Of a stretch of DNA of 64,000 nt, positions 9,739-18,760 are shown in pieces. Source of the stretch: a virus. Numbering within the stretch: the first letter of the stretch is position 1; every line of letters begins with the position of its first letter. Below the pieces are notes generated by a model, which saw only the letters and a list, made by a program, of their open reading frames with translations, ran no database searches and was not told the origin of the DNA. Both the position numbers and the translations under genes were made by a program. Where the stretch lies: positions 106,411 to 170,410 of the IMG/VR virus record IMGVR_UViG_3300028840_004184. One strand, 5' to 3'.

Positions 9739-9924
9739 GAGTAAGCGGTTTTAAGTTATATCGCGAGTAAGTAGTTTCCCTCTATAGGTGGCAAGTAAGC
9801 GGTTGTCCTATATAGGCACCCTGCCGGGGGGGTGTTACCGAGTGGTAACGTTACCGAATGGTGACGCTCAATGTTACCAAAATGTGACTTGTAGTCAAAT
9901 GGCGACATGTTACCGAAAAGTAAC
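9739..9924. repeat. Repeat cassette 3
   Basis: RAGTAAGY...TATATAG-like at 9739, 9765, 9793; five GTTACC-N4-GGTAAC-like palindromes at 9834, 9850, 9873, 9891, 9909. Confidence 0.9.
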
Positions 9925-9951
9925 ATAGGCAGATTTTAGGTATATGTTAGC

Positions 9952-10033
9952 ATTATACAATACAAAAGAAAAATCGTCAATATGAATTTTTTTTTATTAA
10001 GTTATTGACTATATTATTCCGACAATATATAAT
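9952..10033. promoter_or_regulatory. divergent sigma70-type promoter pair
   Basis: - strand TTGACG-N17-TATAAT (9980-9952) pointing into cassette 3; + strand TTGACT-N17-TATAAT (10005-10033). Confidence 0.8.
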
Positions 10034-10084
10034 AGTATTATGTTTTTTTGTTATTTGACAAATCATCTTTTAAGGAAAAGCATT

Positions 10085-10270
10085 ATGGCGAAAAAAGGAA
10101 AGGCTAGCAACAAAACGGAAATGCTTTGCAATGAATGTAACCATACTTTCAAACGTGTTATAGGTAAAAATACGTTTGAGGTTAGATGCCCTAAATGTAA
10201 AGGGTATGATACGGAACCAAGCGGTTACATATTGGTTGTGAATCCTTTACGTACCAACACAAGAGGATAA
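10085..10270 (+). CDS. small zinc-ribbon protein
   Basis: CNECN...CPKC; AAGGA RBS before ATG 10085. Confidence 0.65.
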   Translation: MAKKGKASNKTEMLCNECNHTFKRVIGKNTFEVRCPKCKGYDTEPSGYILVVNPLRTNTRG

Positions 10271-10427
10271 CATGGAAAAGACTAAACTCATTTTGTTACA
10301 AGAGGATATATCCTCTAGGTTAAGGCTCTTAAAAAGGTTTAACGGAAATCCTGATAGAATCAAAGAGTTATCCGAAAAAAACAAAGCCTTATCGGATCAA
10401 ATCAAACGTAAAGCCTAGCAACACAAA

Positions 10428-10466
10428 AATTTAGCCCCTAAAAAAATTTTTAGGGGCTAAATTATT
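10428..10466. terminator. palindromic (bidirectional) terminator-like hairpin
   Basis: AATTTAGCCCCTAAAAA/TTTTTAGGGGCTAAATT. Confidence 0.7.
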
Positions 10467-10664
10467 TTATCCTTCATTTTACCCGTTTATCGGTCGATAA
10501 TATATATTAGTCAAGGAAAATTAACAAAAGGGGTTAAAAATGAAACACTTAATCGATAAAGCAAAACTTTACAGTACTATCCCGGTTATCGCAATAGTTA
10601 TTTATATTTTTGCGAGAATAGCAATAACCCTTAGTACTGTAACCCGATAAAGGGGTTATCATAA

Positions 10665-10871
10665 ATGATGATTATCGAAGCTAAAATGCTAGTCTTGTCT
10701 AGCATTTTAGACGAAAACGTTTATCAGACTAGTGTTATATCATCATTAATTAATGATGAAACGCATATTAAACTTTTAGATATTTTTGAAAAACTACAAG
10801 ATACATATGGATTAGAAAAATCCATTAACTTTTTCCGTAAATATAGGGGAGAAAAGCCTTTAGATTTTTAA
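10665..10871 (+). CDS. hypothetical protein
   Basis: ORF; N-terminus IEAKMLVL resembles IEAKLLIL of ORF 12199. Confidence 0.6.
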   Translation: MMIIEAKMLVLSSILDENVYQTSVISSLINDETHIKLLDIFEKLQDTYGLEKSINFFRKYRGEKPLDF

Positions 10872-10880
10872 GGGGTTAAA

Positions 10881-11087
10881 ATGGCGAAAATTCCGGATAT
10901 GTCAAAATGGCCTAGTTTTCACGTTCCTATGAATCATCATAAAACTAGTGGAATAAAACCTTTAACCCCTAGACAAGAAAAACTTTTGCAACTAGTTAGA
11001 ATGTACCGAAAAGCAAAATCTAAAAACGTTAAATCAAGAATATTAGACAAGATACATCAGATTGAATTAAACCCCTTAAGAGATTAA
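10881..11087 (+). CDS. hypothetical protein
   Basis: ORF with AAGGGG RBS-like element. Confidence 0.6.
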   Translation: MAKIPDMSKWPSFHVPMNHHKTSGIKPLTPRQEKLLQLVRMYRKAKSKNVKSRILDKIHQIELNPLRD

Positions 11088-11303
11088 GGGGCTTTTGTCA
11101 TTATTGATTGAACATTGACAAATGATTTTCCTAATAAGGGGCTTTGTATGCTCAAAAATGACCGAAAAAGACGATTCAGGCGAAAAGCCTTCAATACCCT
11201 TATCAAGCTTAAGAATAGGCTTAAAGGGGTTATCAGGGGCTTTTGTGAAGGTTTATTTGATCAAGATGAAAGGGGTTATTTCATCAAATAAGGGGTTTCA
11301 AAA

Positions 11304-11513
11304 ATGGGAATAGTTATGAAAACATTTTGTACATCTAACAAAAAATCATTTCTTGGAAGAATAGAAAGATTATCCCTTGAACTAGAAAACCATTTCAAGA
11401 GGATAACCGTTATTCCAGATAAAAAGACTAGGATCAAGAAAAGGGATGAAATCAATTTTTTGACGGATTTTCTATATCGGGATATGAAATATAATCCTCT
11501 TGAAAATCACTAG
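11304..11513 (+). CDS. hypothetical protein
   Basis: ORF with AAGGGG RBS-like element. Confidence 0.55.
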   Translation: MGIVMKTFCTSNKKSFLGRIERLSLELENHFKRITVIPDKKTRIKKRDEINFLTDFLYRDMKYNPLENH

Positions 11514-11536
11514 CGAAAACTGTACCAAACAAATAG

Positions 11537-11569
11537 AAAACCCGGATTTATCCGGGTTTTTTATTTTTT
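11537..11569 (+). terminator. intrinsic terminator
   Basis: AAAACCCGGAT/ATCCGGGTTTT hairpin followed by T-tract. Confidence 0.85.
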
Positions 11570-11582
11570 ATATTGTTAATTA

Positions 11583-11600
11583 TTGGTATACCTTTTGCTA
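11583..11600 (+). promoter_or_regulatory. sigma54-type -24/-12 site
   Basis: TTGGTATACCTTTTGCTA is GG-N10-GC; similar sites on the - strand at 11511-11528 and 12740-12757. Confidence 0.5.
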
Positions 11601-11850
11601 TGCCCTAATCTATACCCTAAAATCTGGGATTCGTTTTGATACATGATTTTGATACGTTATTAGAGCCCCATATTTAGCCCCTATCGCATATTAACACCTA
11701 GGACGTATCTTAACCCTATTTTCTGGAGAATTCAATTTATACCTAATAAACCCCTAACAAAAAAAGAAAATAAATTTATTTTGTTTTTGATTTTTTATTT
11801 AGGTTAGGTATACTTAATAGACGATATAAAGGAATGAAGGGAAAAAGAAA

Positions 11851-12090
11851 ATGAATAGATTATCAGATGAAATTATTTTACGTGATAATGATCATTTTGA
11901 AGGGGAAATAATAAGGTATCCGATTGATTTCATGTTTGAAAACTTTGGACCTTATGAAACCCTTGACGGAAAAACGGTACCGATACAACAATATCGTTTT
12001 TATATGAATGTAGGTTGTACCGGTAACAAATGGCAAGCTTGCTATATTTGGGATATTAACTCTAGGCAATGGACATTAGGGGCTAATTAG
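11851..12090 (+). CDS. hypothetical protein
   Basis: ORF after promoter TTGATT-N16-TATACT at 11787-11814. Confidence 0.65.
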   Translation: MNRLSDEIILRDNDHFEGEIIRYPIDFMFENFGPYETLDGKTVPIQQYRFYMNVGCTGNKWQACYIWDINSRQWTLGAN

Positions 12091-12198
12091 ACAATCGATA
12101 GGAATAGGGGAGAATAGGGTTATAAAAGGAACTAGAAAGCCTTTGAATCCTGATAATTTCTAAGATCCTATTCCTAGTTTTTTATAAAAGGGGTTTTT

Positions 12199-12468
12199 GT
12201 GTTACGTCCTATCGAAGCAAAATTATTGATTCTCTATTGTATTATGTCTTTCGATGTTTTGCCTAATTTTACATCAAATCATTTTACTTTAGTCAATAAT
12301 AGATTTGCCTTATTGGAATCGGAATATAATAAACCGGTTGATGATTATCACACCGATAGATTAATCGATAAATATGCTGCCTATTATGAATATCCCGATT
12401 TGTTTGAAATAGGGGTAGAATACGATAGATTCGGGAATAGATGGTATACAGGAAAAGAGGATAAATAA
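12199..12468 (+). CDS. hypothetical protein
   Basis: ORF with GTG start. Confidence 0.6.
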   Translation: MLRPIEAKLLILYCIMSFDVLPNFTSNHFTLVNNRFALLESEYNKPVDDYHTDRLIDKYAAYYEYPDLFEIGVEYDRFGNRWYTGKEDK

Positions 12469-12650
12469 TGGTATACTTTAGAGAATTGAAAGGCGAAAAG
12501 CCTATTGAATATGATAATCAAAGATGGTTATATGTTCATGATATTAAAGAAGGAAAAAACACATATTTGCATCTAAACTGCGATTGTCAAGTTGATGAAG
12601 AGGGATATTGTCTTTTATGCGGTTGTCCTAGTCCAATAGTGATTAAATAA
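12468..12650 (+). CDS. small Cys-containing protein
   Basis: TAATG coupling, AGAGGA RBS. Confidence 0.6.
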   Translation: MVYFRELKGEKPIEYDNQRWLYVHDIKEGKNTYLHLNCDCQVDEEGYCLLCGCPSPIVIK

Positions 12651-12680
12651 AAAATACTCCTTTTCCCATTTCCTGATTTT

Positions 12681-12711
12681 AGCCCCTGGATTAAATCCAG
12701 GGGCTTTTTTT
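12681..12711 (+). terminator. intrinsic terminator ending the early block
   Basis: AGCCCCTGGATT/AATCCAGGGGCT hairpin followed by T-tract. Confidence 0.85.
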
Positions 12712-12786
12712 ATTGTCTAGTCATATCCTAATAATACCCTAGCAAAAAGCATACCAAACCACTAATAAAATTAAATTTATTTTTTG

Positions 12787-13046
12787 TCTTGACGTATTCC
12801 AATGCGTCAAGATGTTACCATATGGTAACGGTCATTTTGACATGTCAACCTGCCAGCTTGGCAGGGTACCCGGTTTTTTAATTTCCTGCCATTTTGACAC
12901 TGCCATTTTGGCAGCCGGGGGGGCCATCTATCAACGCCCCGCCTCGGCGTGAGCCGAGTTGCTCACCCAAGTTGTCAAAAATCGATGACCCCCCGGTTCA
13001 AAAAAGTTGCTCACCTAAGGGGGACACCCCCTTAAAACCCCCGGCT
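12787..13046. repeat. Repeat cassette 4 (inverted orientation) and GC-rich boundary region
   Basis: GTTACC-ATAT-GGTAAC at 12814-12829; TGYCA-N3-TGRCA-like at 12830, 12851, 12887, 12901; G/C runs; AGTTGCTCACC twice. Confidence 0.8.
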
Positions 13047-13060
13047 TCTTAACTACACAT

Positions 13061-13300
13061 TCATGTATTTTGTGCAGACTCACAATAGCATGGTCTGTGT
13101 GCTATATCTGCAATATCACCACACCTCATATGTAATGCTTTAATTTCTTCGTATATCGAATCCAGTATAGCAAGTATATCACCAGCAGGGACGTTCTCAC
13201 TTTTATGGTTGTTTAACCATACTGCCCAGCAGTGTACACAGTTTGTTTTTCGTAACGGCTTCCTGACACCTTTATATTTGGTGTGTTTAGGGCATTCCAT
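13061..13300 (-). CDS. hypothetical Cys/His-rich protein
   Basis: ORF with AAGGA RBS. Confidence 0.6.
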   Translation of the reverse strand: MECPKHTKYKGVRKPLRKTNCVHCWAVWLNNHKSENVPAGDILAILDSIYEEIKALHMRCGDIADIAHRPCYCESAQNT

Positions 13301-13316
13301 TATTATTTCCTTTCAG

Positions 13317-13634
13317 TTAACCTATCCCAAATGATATAATTTGTTTCAAAACCCCCGGCTTGGGTGTGGTTTTGTAACAATGGGAAGCTTTATCCCACTT
13401 ATACCACGTTTCATATTCTGGAAGCGGGGGGAGGGCGTATGTCCCTTCGGGGACTTTTTCAACAACAGCGAAGCTATAATATCCACCATCATTGATATCA
13501 AGATCATTTCGTATAACCATTTTTTCGGCTATACTCTTTTCAGAATACCAGCCAACCAACCTGCTGCGTTTGATGGGATAACTACCATCACTCAATTCGA
13601 TCATGGTGATCGTGTAGATATATTTAGTGGTCAT
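13317..13634 (-). CDS. conserved phage hypothetical protein
   Basis: ORF; RLVGWY...YYSFAVVE...WYKW pattern. Confidence 0.65.
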   Translation of the reverse strand: MTTKYIYTITMIELSDGSYPIKRSRLVGWYSEKSIAEKMVIRNDLDINDGGYYSFAVVEKVPEGTYALPPLPEYETWYKWDKASHCYKTTPKPGVLKQIISFGIG

Positions 13635-14484
13635 ATTTAAGACTTTCTCTTCTCTGATGGCATCGCTGTGCGTTCGTGACCCAATTGCCCACTTCCTTTC
13701 TTTTGTTAAGGAGTAATATCGGTATCACCGGTATATTCCTTATACGCATCATCAATTTGTTGCTTAGTAATACCCTTATCACATGATTCACATCTGATAA
13801 AAACAAGCTGTTGTTTTTCAAAAGCCTGGATATTAATTATCGGTATAGGTTGATTACAATGTGGACAATATAAAGTTGATAAATTAGAATCGTCACGGAC
13901 CATTATAAATGAAGCCTTTCTGTTTCACCGCTCATAAAACCATCTCTTCTAAAAGCACCCTTCTACTGGTTGCATAAAAAAGAAACTATTAAACCAATCT
14001 ACAACATCCAAGGCCCTTATAAGCCTATCTTCGAAAATCATACTTGTCTTTTAAGCCACCCAATACATCTACGACACTCGACCCAACTATACACAATATC
14101 ATAAGCACACCATTGGTATACTGCCCTTTTAGACATATGAGTACCACAAGCGGGTTTACCATCTTGTACGATGTGAACCTTCCCGCCATTCCTGCCCGGA
14201 ATACCAAAGTATCCTGTTTCGTAATTACCTTTGTCTTTCAAAATATATATCCAAAGTATAAGTCAATACACCATATGGAATCTTAGTTCCATTTACCTTA
14301 TGAAAACCGTCTACCTTAGACGTGTCTCTCCATCTACTATTTATAAAGTGATTCAAATATTTATCGTTATCACCCAACGTGTCTTTTATAGCCCTCCATG
14401 CCAATTGGTCCCAATCTAGTTGGGTGAGAACCCCATAATTTTCAGGATGCTTCCGGTATTTTTTCAGTACTATGGTTATTTTTT

Positions 14485-14991
14485 TCATCTAAGTTGTCCA
14501 TTGATCATTTTTTCCCAAAACTCATGAATAACTTTTAGTTCACTCTTTGTGAATCTTATTTCAGCGGTAGAACTCGTTTTTGTAAACACGGCTCCCCATT
14601 GAGGGGCTGCTTTGCTATTTATTATACACAACCCATCTTGACTATAGTTACTATCCCAGACTGGTACCTGAATAGCATTGTTATGATCAAAAAAGAGCCA
14701 TCTTTGTTTTACTATCTTTTCAATATCACTTCTACGAAAGAACCATTCTATTGTACTATTTAACACACTAACCCTGAAAAACGTATTTTCCGAACGATAC
14801 GAAAAGAGAACACCATTTACATCGATGACGGTATTAGATGCGGAAGATATTTTATCATTAGAAGAACATTTTTCACAGACACAACTTGTCAGCAAGGGAA
14901 TCATTTTATTTCCGCAAACTGGACATATCTTTTCACATTTAGTTCGCCTTGTTACCACGGAACACTCCTTAACAAAAAAATATAGCGGCAA
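14485..14991 (-). CDS. protein with N-terminal CxxCG-LLTS Zn-ribbon
   Basis: CPVCGNKMIPLLTSCVCEKC. Confidence 0.7.
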   Translation of the reverse strand: MPLYFFVKECSVVTRRTKCEKICPVCGNKMIPLLTSCVCEKCSSNDKISSASNTVIDVNGVLFSYRSENTFFRVSVLNSTIEWFFRRSDIEKIVKQRWLFFDHNNAIQVPVWDSNYSQDGLCIINSKAAPQWGAVFTKTSSTAEIRFTKSELKVIHEFWEKMINGQLR

Positions 14992-15231
14992 AACAGATCA
15001 CGCGGGGGTTCCAAAGGGGGTATCCCCCTTTTTAGTCGTTTGGATCTACCTCACTGACGCCCTCGCCCTTTACCTGATCTTTAATCCTCTCTACGAGAAT
15101 ATACCACCAGTCTTTTTGGCTTCTATCAGACAAGCTGTTTATAAATTTAAAACCCGCCTCCTCTATAGAATCATTTTCATAAGGACACAAAAAGCCTGCT
15201 TTGTGGCGAAGCCTATCTTTTTTCTTCTTTT

Positions 15232-16107
15232 TCAATTGGTTGTTCCATTTCCATCGAATAAAGTAAAAGGAGTTTCCTTACACTGAAAGCCAGATGCCCC
15301 CTTATGTCCGCCACCGCCGTGCTTTTTGGCGATATCCCCAACATTTACATCACCCTTCGTAGAATACATGGTCACAACCCAGTGTTTGCCATTCTTGTTA
15401 TAATAAACCATCATTGCATCATGTTTGTCGGGATCATACACAGAGTCGAACAACTTGGACCCAGGCATACAGGCGTTCGCCGCTATGAAACGAAGGCCCT
15501 CAAATTCGAACTCATAACACAGTGGACCACACAAGAATTCGTTTTGTTTATTAACATACTTTTGAATTGTACGACCTTCACTGACAATATCCATAACAAG
15601 CGTATAAGAAGGCAGCATTTTGTTACCATCAAACAATATATGCCACAAACGATCGTCATCTTCCGGATTCGTGTCTCGTTGCTTGATGCCATACTGAAAC
15701 GGCAGTACGTCCATGTCTTTATGATCCCAAACGTCATACCTACCCAACAGAAAGACAGAGCGAGGCATTACTTGGTTAGGGAACAGATATTGCCACGTAA
15801 GTTCACATGCCGCGAATTTCGTATCACGTATACCGGCTATAGCAATTTCGAATGCATTGACGCCGTTTATAGCTGTTTCGTGATGATCAATCCAAACCAA
15901 GTCACAATGATTAAACAATGTGATCATATCTTCGTGTGGCTGCAAGGAAAAATCGACCATAAAGACAATTTCGCCTTCTGTAATAGAATCCCACGGAAAT
16001 TCTTCTCCGTAATCCATGCCGATCATTTCGCATTCTGGATATTTATGTTTGACAATTGCACCAGCACAGTGGCCGTCAAGGTCTGTTGAATGATAAAAAC
16101 ATTTCAT
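15232..16107 (-). CDS. DHH/DHHA1 family phosphoesterase
   Basis: YHSTDLDG, MVDFS, WIDHH, GGGGHKGASGF motifs. Confidence 0.9.
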   Translation of the reverse strand: MKCFYHSTDLDGHCAGAIVKHKYPECEMIGMDYGEEFPWDSITEGEIVFMVDFSLQPHEDMITLFNHCDLVWIDHHETAINGVNAFEIAIAGIRDTKFAACELTWQYLFPNQVMPRSVFLLGRYDVWDHKDMDVLPFQYGIKQRDTNPEDDDRLWHILFDGNKMLPSYTLVMDIVSEGRTIQKYVNKQNEFLCGPLCYEFEFEGLRFIAANACMPGSKLFDSVYDPDKHDAMMVYYNKNGKHWVVTMYSTKGDVNVGDIAKKHGGGGHKGASGFQCKETPFTLFDGNGTTN

Positions 16108-16126
16108 TGCTCAGTCGCCGCAAGGC

Positions 16127-16564
16127 TTAGTTGCAGCCTCCATTTTCTAACACAATTTTTCTTATAAAATTACCTATACGTTTAACGCCATTGTTTTTAA
16201 TAACTATAGAGTCTTTAAAAAGACGAACCCCTACGTCTGGCATCACTATCTTGCTAGCAATCGTTAATTTGCCAAACAGTATGGTAAAATATATCTCTCC
16301 AACACGCAATTTAGATGATGAAACTTCACTTAATAAAAAATCAGCTATTCTTGTTGCTTCTTTTTTAGAAAAATATACCCCTCTGGTATTTAGCATATCA
16401 CATGACAATACCAATACATAATCTTCATGATCAGAATGTGACCATCGAGCATCATCAGTTATAATAGTTTTATCTGATGAGGTTGCTTTTTTATCGCATT
16501 CTTTGGAACAGTAAAACGAAGTTAGTAACAAAAGCATGTCTGCTCCGCATACAGGGCATTTCAT
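16127..16564 (-). CDS. protein with N-terminal CxxCG-LLTS Zn-ribbon
   Basis: MKCPVCGADMLLLLTSFYCSKEC. Confidence 0.7.
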   Translation of the reverse strand: MKCPVCGADMLLLLTSFYCSKECDKKATSSDKTIITDDARWSHSDHEDYVLVLSCDMLNTRGVYFSKKEATRIADFLLSEVSSSKLRVGEIYFTILFGKLTIASKIVMPDVGVRLFKDSIVIKNNGVKRIGNFIRKIVLENGGCN

Positions 16565-17296
16565 TTATTTTTTCCTCAGGGAGATAAGGAAATCATAGAT
16601 TTCCTTTATGTCTTGCATCGCGAATGTATAAAAACTGTTTCTTTTTTTGCGACCGAAAGCATCTGGGGCTGTATATTTTACCTCAAGACTGGCTTCGGAT
16701 TTATGGTGTTTCGAGACTGGACGATAATTAAAAGAGACATTTTTATATCCACATTGGCTTAGAAGAGTCCATTTATATAACTTTTCGTTAGAAAGAATAT
16801 ATTCCAGGTTTTCGGCTAGTACATGTGTATGGTTTTCACCGAATTCTAAAATATCCCTTAAGTCATGTCTAGAAATAGAAAGTTGACCATCTCCGTATCT
16901 GAAACACACTTCGTTGTGTAGTATCAGTCGTTTATAGTTATGTGTACGACATTCTTGTTGTATAACATTTTTGTTGTCCGTTGGTGATGGCTCGACCAGG
17001 ACTTCACTACGGCAGCTCATTTGATGATGACAAGCCGTGCAATTTAATAGACAATAGTCAAGACTACTCCAATTATTTTGTGAGCATAACGAATTGTTTC
17101 TGTATAGAATGTCTTCGATGGCTGCTTTACGAGTTTCGATGGACTGATTCCATAAATGTCTTGCTAATGGTTCATCAACGGCTTTTGGCCCCTTGATACC
17201 ACACTCACTACAGGTATAATTATTATGAAAACCCATTTCACGATTTAAAACGGCCAACCCACCACATAAACATTTGTCAAGGAAAGTCGCATCCAT
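16565..17296 (-). CDS. protein with Lar-like Zn-binding N-terminus
   Basis: KCLCGG...CSECG...LARHLWN pattern. Confidence 0.5.
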   Translation of the reverse strand: MDATFLDKCLCGGLAVLNREMGFHNNYTCSECGIKGPKAVDEPLARHLWNQSIETRKAAIEDILYRNNSLCSQNNWSSLDYCLLNCTACHHQMSCRSEVLVEPSPTDNKNVIQQECRTHNYKRLILHNEVCFRYGDGQLSISRHDLRDILEFGENHTHVLAENLEYILSNEKLYKWTLLSQCGYKNVSFNYRPVSKHHKSEASLEVKYTAPDAFGRKKRNSFYTFAMQDIKEIYDFLISLRKK

Positions 17297-17799
17297 TAGA
17301 ATCCATCTCCTATTTTAAAACCACGGATATAATTATCGTCGTCGCCACATGGGTTATAGTCAGGATTGGGCTCTACTGGTCCATGTATATGTTTTTTAAT
17401 ATGTATAGGGAAACATGGGATGATACAAATCCATATGTCTGTTGATATATGTCGTCTATGTTTTGGTGTCGCTCCTGGATGTGTTTGTCCAGTATAGTTA
17501 TATGTTTTTTTCCAGTATACACCAATCCACATATCCCGTAGATTAAATTCCCATTTTACGCTTGTATTTTTCATGATTTTCCTTAAGTGCTTTATATGCT
17601 GGGTCATTAGTGTCAGCTTTGCCTAATGCCGACAGGATGTTAAGTTTTAGTACTTCTGGTATTCCTCGCCAATAACATATGTTGCCGCAACCATCCTGAC
17701 ACTTAATATATTCTTCGCCATCCTCACCCTTGGAGAAGAACAAGGCATAATGCTTGCAAAAGGGACACTTTACTTTATCACCATGATCTGGTTTTAACA

Positions 17800-18282
17800 T
17801 TATAGAAACCTTTTCCATATATCGTGTTCGTTGTCAAGCTTGCTTTTAGTTCGCCGACCACGGATATTGTTGATAAGTTTGAATTCATTTGTTATACGAT
17901 TTATCATAAGGCTATGTTTGCCTTTCATAAAAGCTTCTGATAGACCAGGCGGATCGGGCGGACACGACATCCAATTATTTATTCTTTCTTTTGTAGAATA
18001 ACATATGGTCCATTCCGAGGTATCACTATTATTTATCATACCAAGCGGGAGGCCGTCTATATTAACAGATTTGGCATGTATAATAGAATAACATTCGCCT
18101 ATGTATTCCCAGTCTGAATCTTTTAATTCTATGCCATATGGCCTTTGTTGATACTGTGTTTTGAATATATTTCTATCCACATCGGGGGTTTTTGAGGGGG
18201 TCCCCTTAATGCATCCCTTGGGGCAATATGTCGAAGTCAGCAGCATTTCTAGCTCAGAACCACATACACTACACTTTTCCAT
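17800..18282 (-). CDS. protein with N-terminal CxxCG-LLTS Zn-ribbon
   Basis: MEKCSVCGSELEMLLTSTYCPKGC. Confidence 0.7.
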   Translation of the reverse strand: MEKCSVCGSELEMLLTSTYCPKGCIKGTPSKTPDVDRNIFKTQYQQRPYGIELKDSDWEYIGECYSIIHAKSVNIDGLPLGMINNSDTSEWTICYSTKERINNWMSCPPDPPGLSEAFMKGKHSLMINRITNEFKLINNIRGRRTKSKLDNEHDIWKRFL

Positions 18283-18445
18283 TGAAGTCTCCGAATATAT
18301 TACTAAACATACCAGAAGTCATCATCGCTGCTTGAACTTTACGTATAAGGTCTTCAAGCCTTGCCCTGTGTGTAGGATCTCGTGTCACACTAAATTCGAT
18401 GCTAAGCTTCTCGTTAAACGTTTTTAATGTTTGTCTGATGTTCAT
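18269..18445 (-). CDS. hypothetical protein
   Basis: GGAG RBS before ATG 18445; the longer start overlaps RNA motif A. Confidence 0.55.
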   Translation of the reverse strand: MNIRQTLKTFNEKLSIEFSVTRDPTHRARLEDLIRKVQAAMMTSGMFSNIFGDFNGKV

Positions 18446-18467
18446 ATGGCTCCATAATGAAAAAAAT

Positions 18468-18566
18468 AGCGGAGATTGATGCATCTATAACGGTGCTCTC
18501 TGCCATCAAGTGGCAGCAGCATTCCCGGCTTAATAGGCAATAGAAGGAAGATGCAATATAGCCGCT
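18468..18566 (-). ncRNA. structured RNA motif copy A
   Basis: AGCGG/CCGCU outer stem, UCUUCCUUCUA core, 53-nt structured apical insert. Confidence 0.75.
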
Positions 18567-18575
18567 CATATTAAC

Positions 18576-18631
18576 AGAGGTAATTATAACACCTAAATTT
18601 ATCTTTAGAAGGAAGATGTTATATAGCCTCT
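18576..18631 (-). ncRNA. structured RNA motif copy B
   Basis: AGAGG/CCUCU, UAUAACA/UGUUAUA, UCUUCCU bulge, UCUAAA/UUUAGG. Confidence 0.75.
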
Positions 18632-18663
18632 TTTTTATTATATAAAGTAGCCTTTATATTTCA

Positions 18664-18736
18664 GGTCGGTCGGGGACAAGATTCGATACTTGTCATATCG
18701 GGGATCAGCCGCAGTTTATCTTAACCTACCCGCCGA
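18664..18736 (-). ncRNA. non-canonical tRNA-like element
   Basis: Cloverleaf with bulged acceptor-like stem, D-like arm, 3-bp arm with CUGAUCC loop, GACAAG-UAUCGAAU-CUUGUC T-like arm; no CCA. Confidence 0.55.
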
Positions 18737-18760
18737 GTTTGTTTGTTATCAAGGATCATC

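Larger units (their letters stand above)
557..12650 (+). other. Early/host-takeover gene block of small ORFs in short promoter-ORF-terminator units
   Basis: About 30 co-oriented ORFs, mostly <150 aa, with strong RBSs, repeated TTGAC/TATAAT-TATACT promoters and GC hairpin-U-tract terminators. Confidence 0.8.

Noticed and set aside
9834-9924. Tandem palindromes as a CRISPR array
   Set aside because: Units are 16 bp and nearly abut with no spacers, which fits protein-binding sites better.
15304-16089. Long + strand ORF of 261 aa, and similar antisense ORFs throughout the track
   Set aside because: They are shadows of well-supported genes on the opposite strand, with no RBS or recognisable motifs.
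18664-18736. Calling this a functional tRNA-Ile(GAU)
   Set aside because: It has a 3-bp anticodon stem, a bulged acceptor stem, an 8-nt T-loop, no D-loop GG and no CCA; reported as tRNA-like instead.
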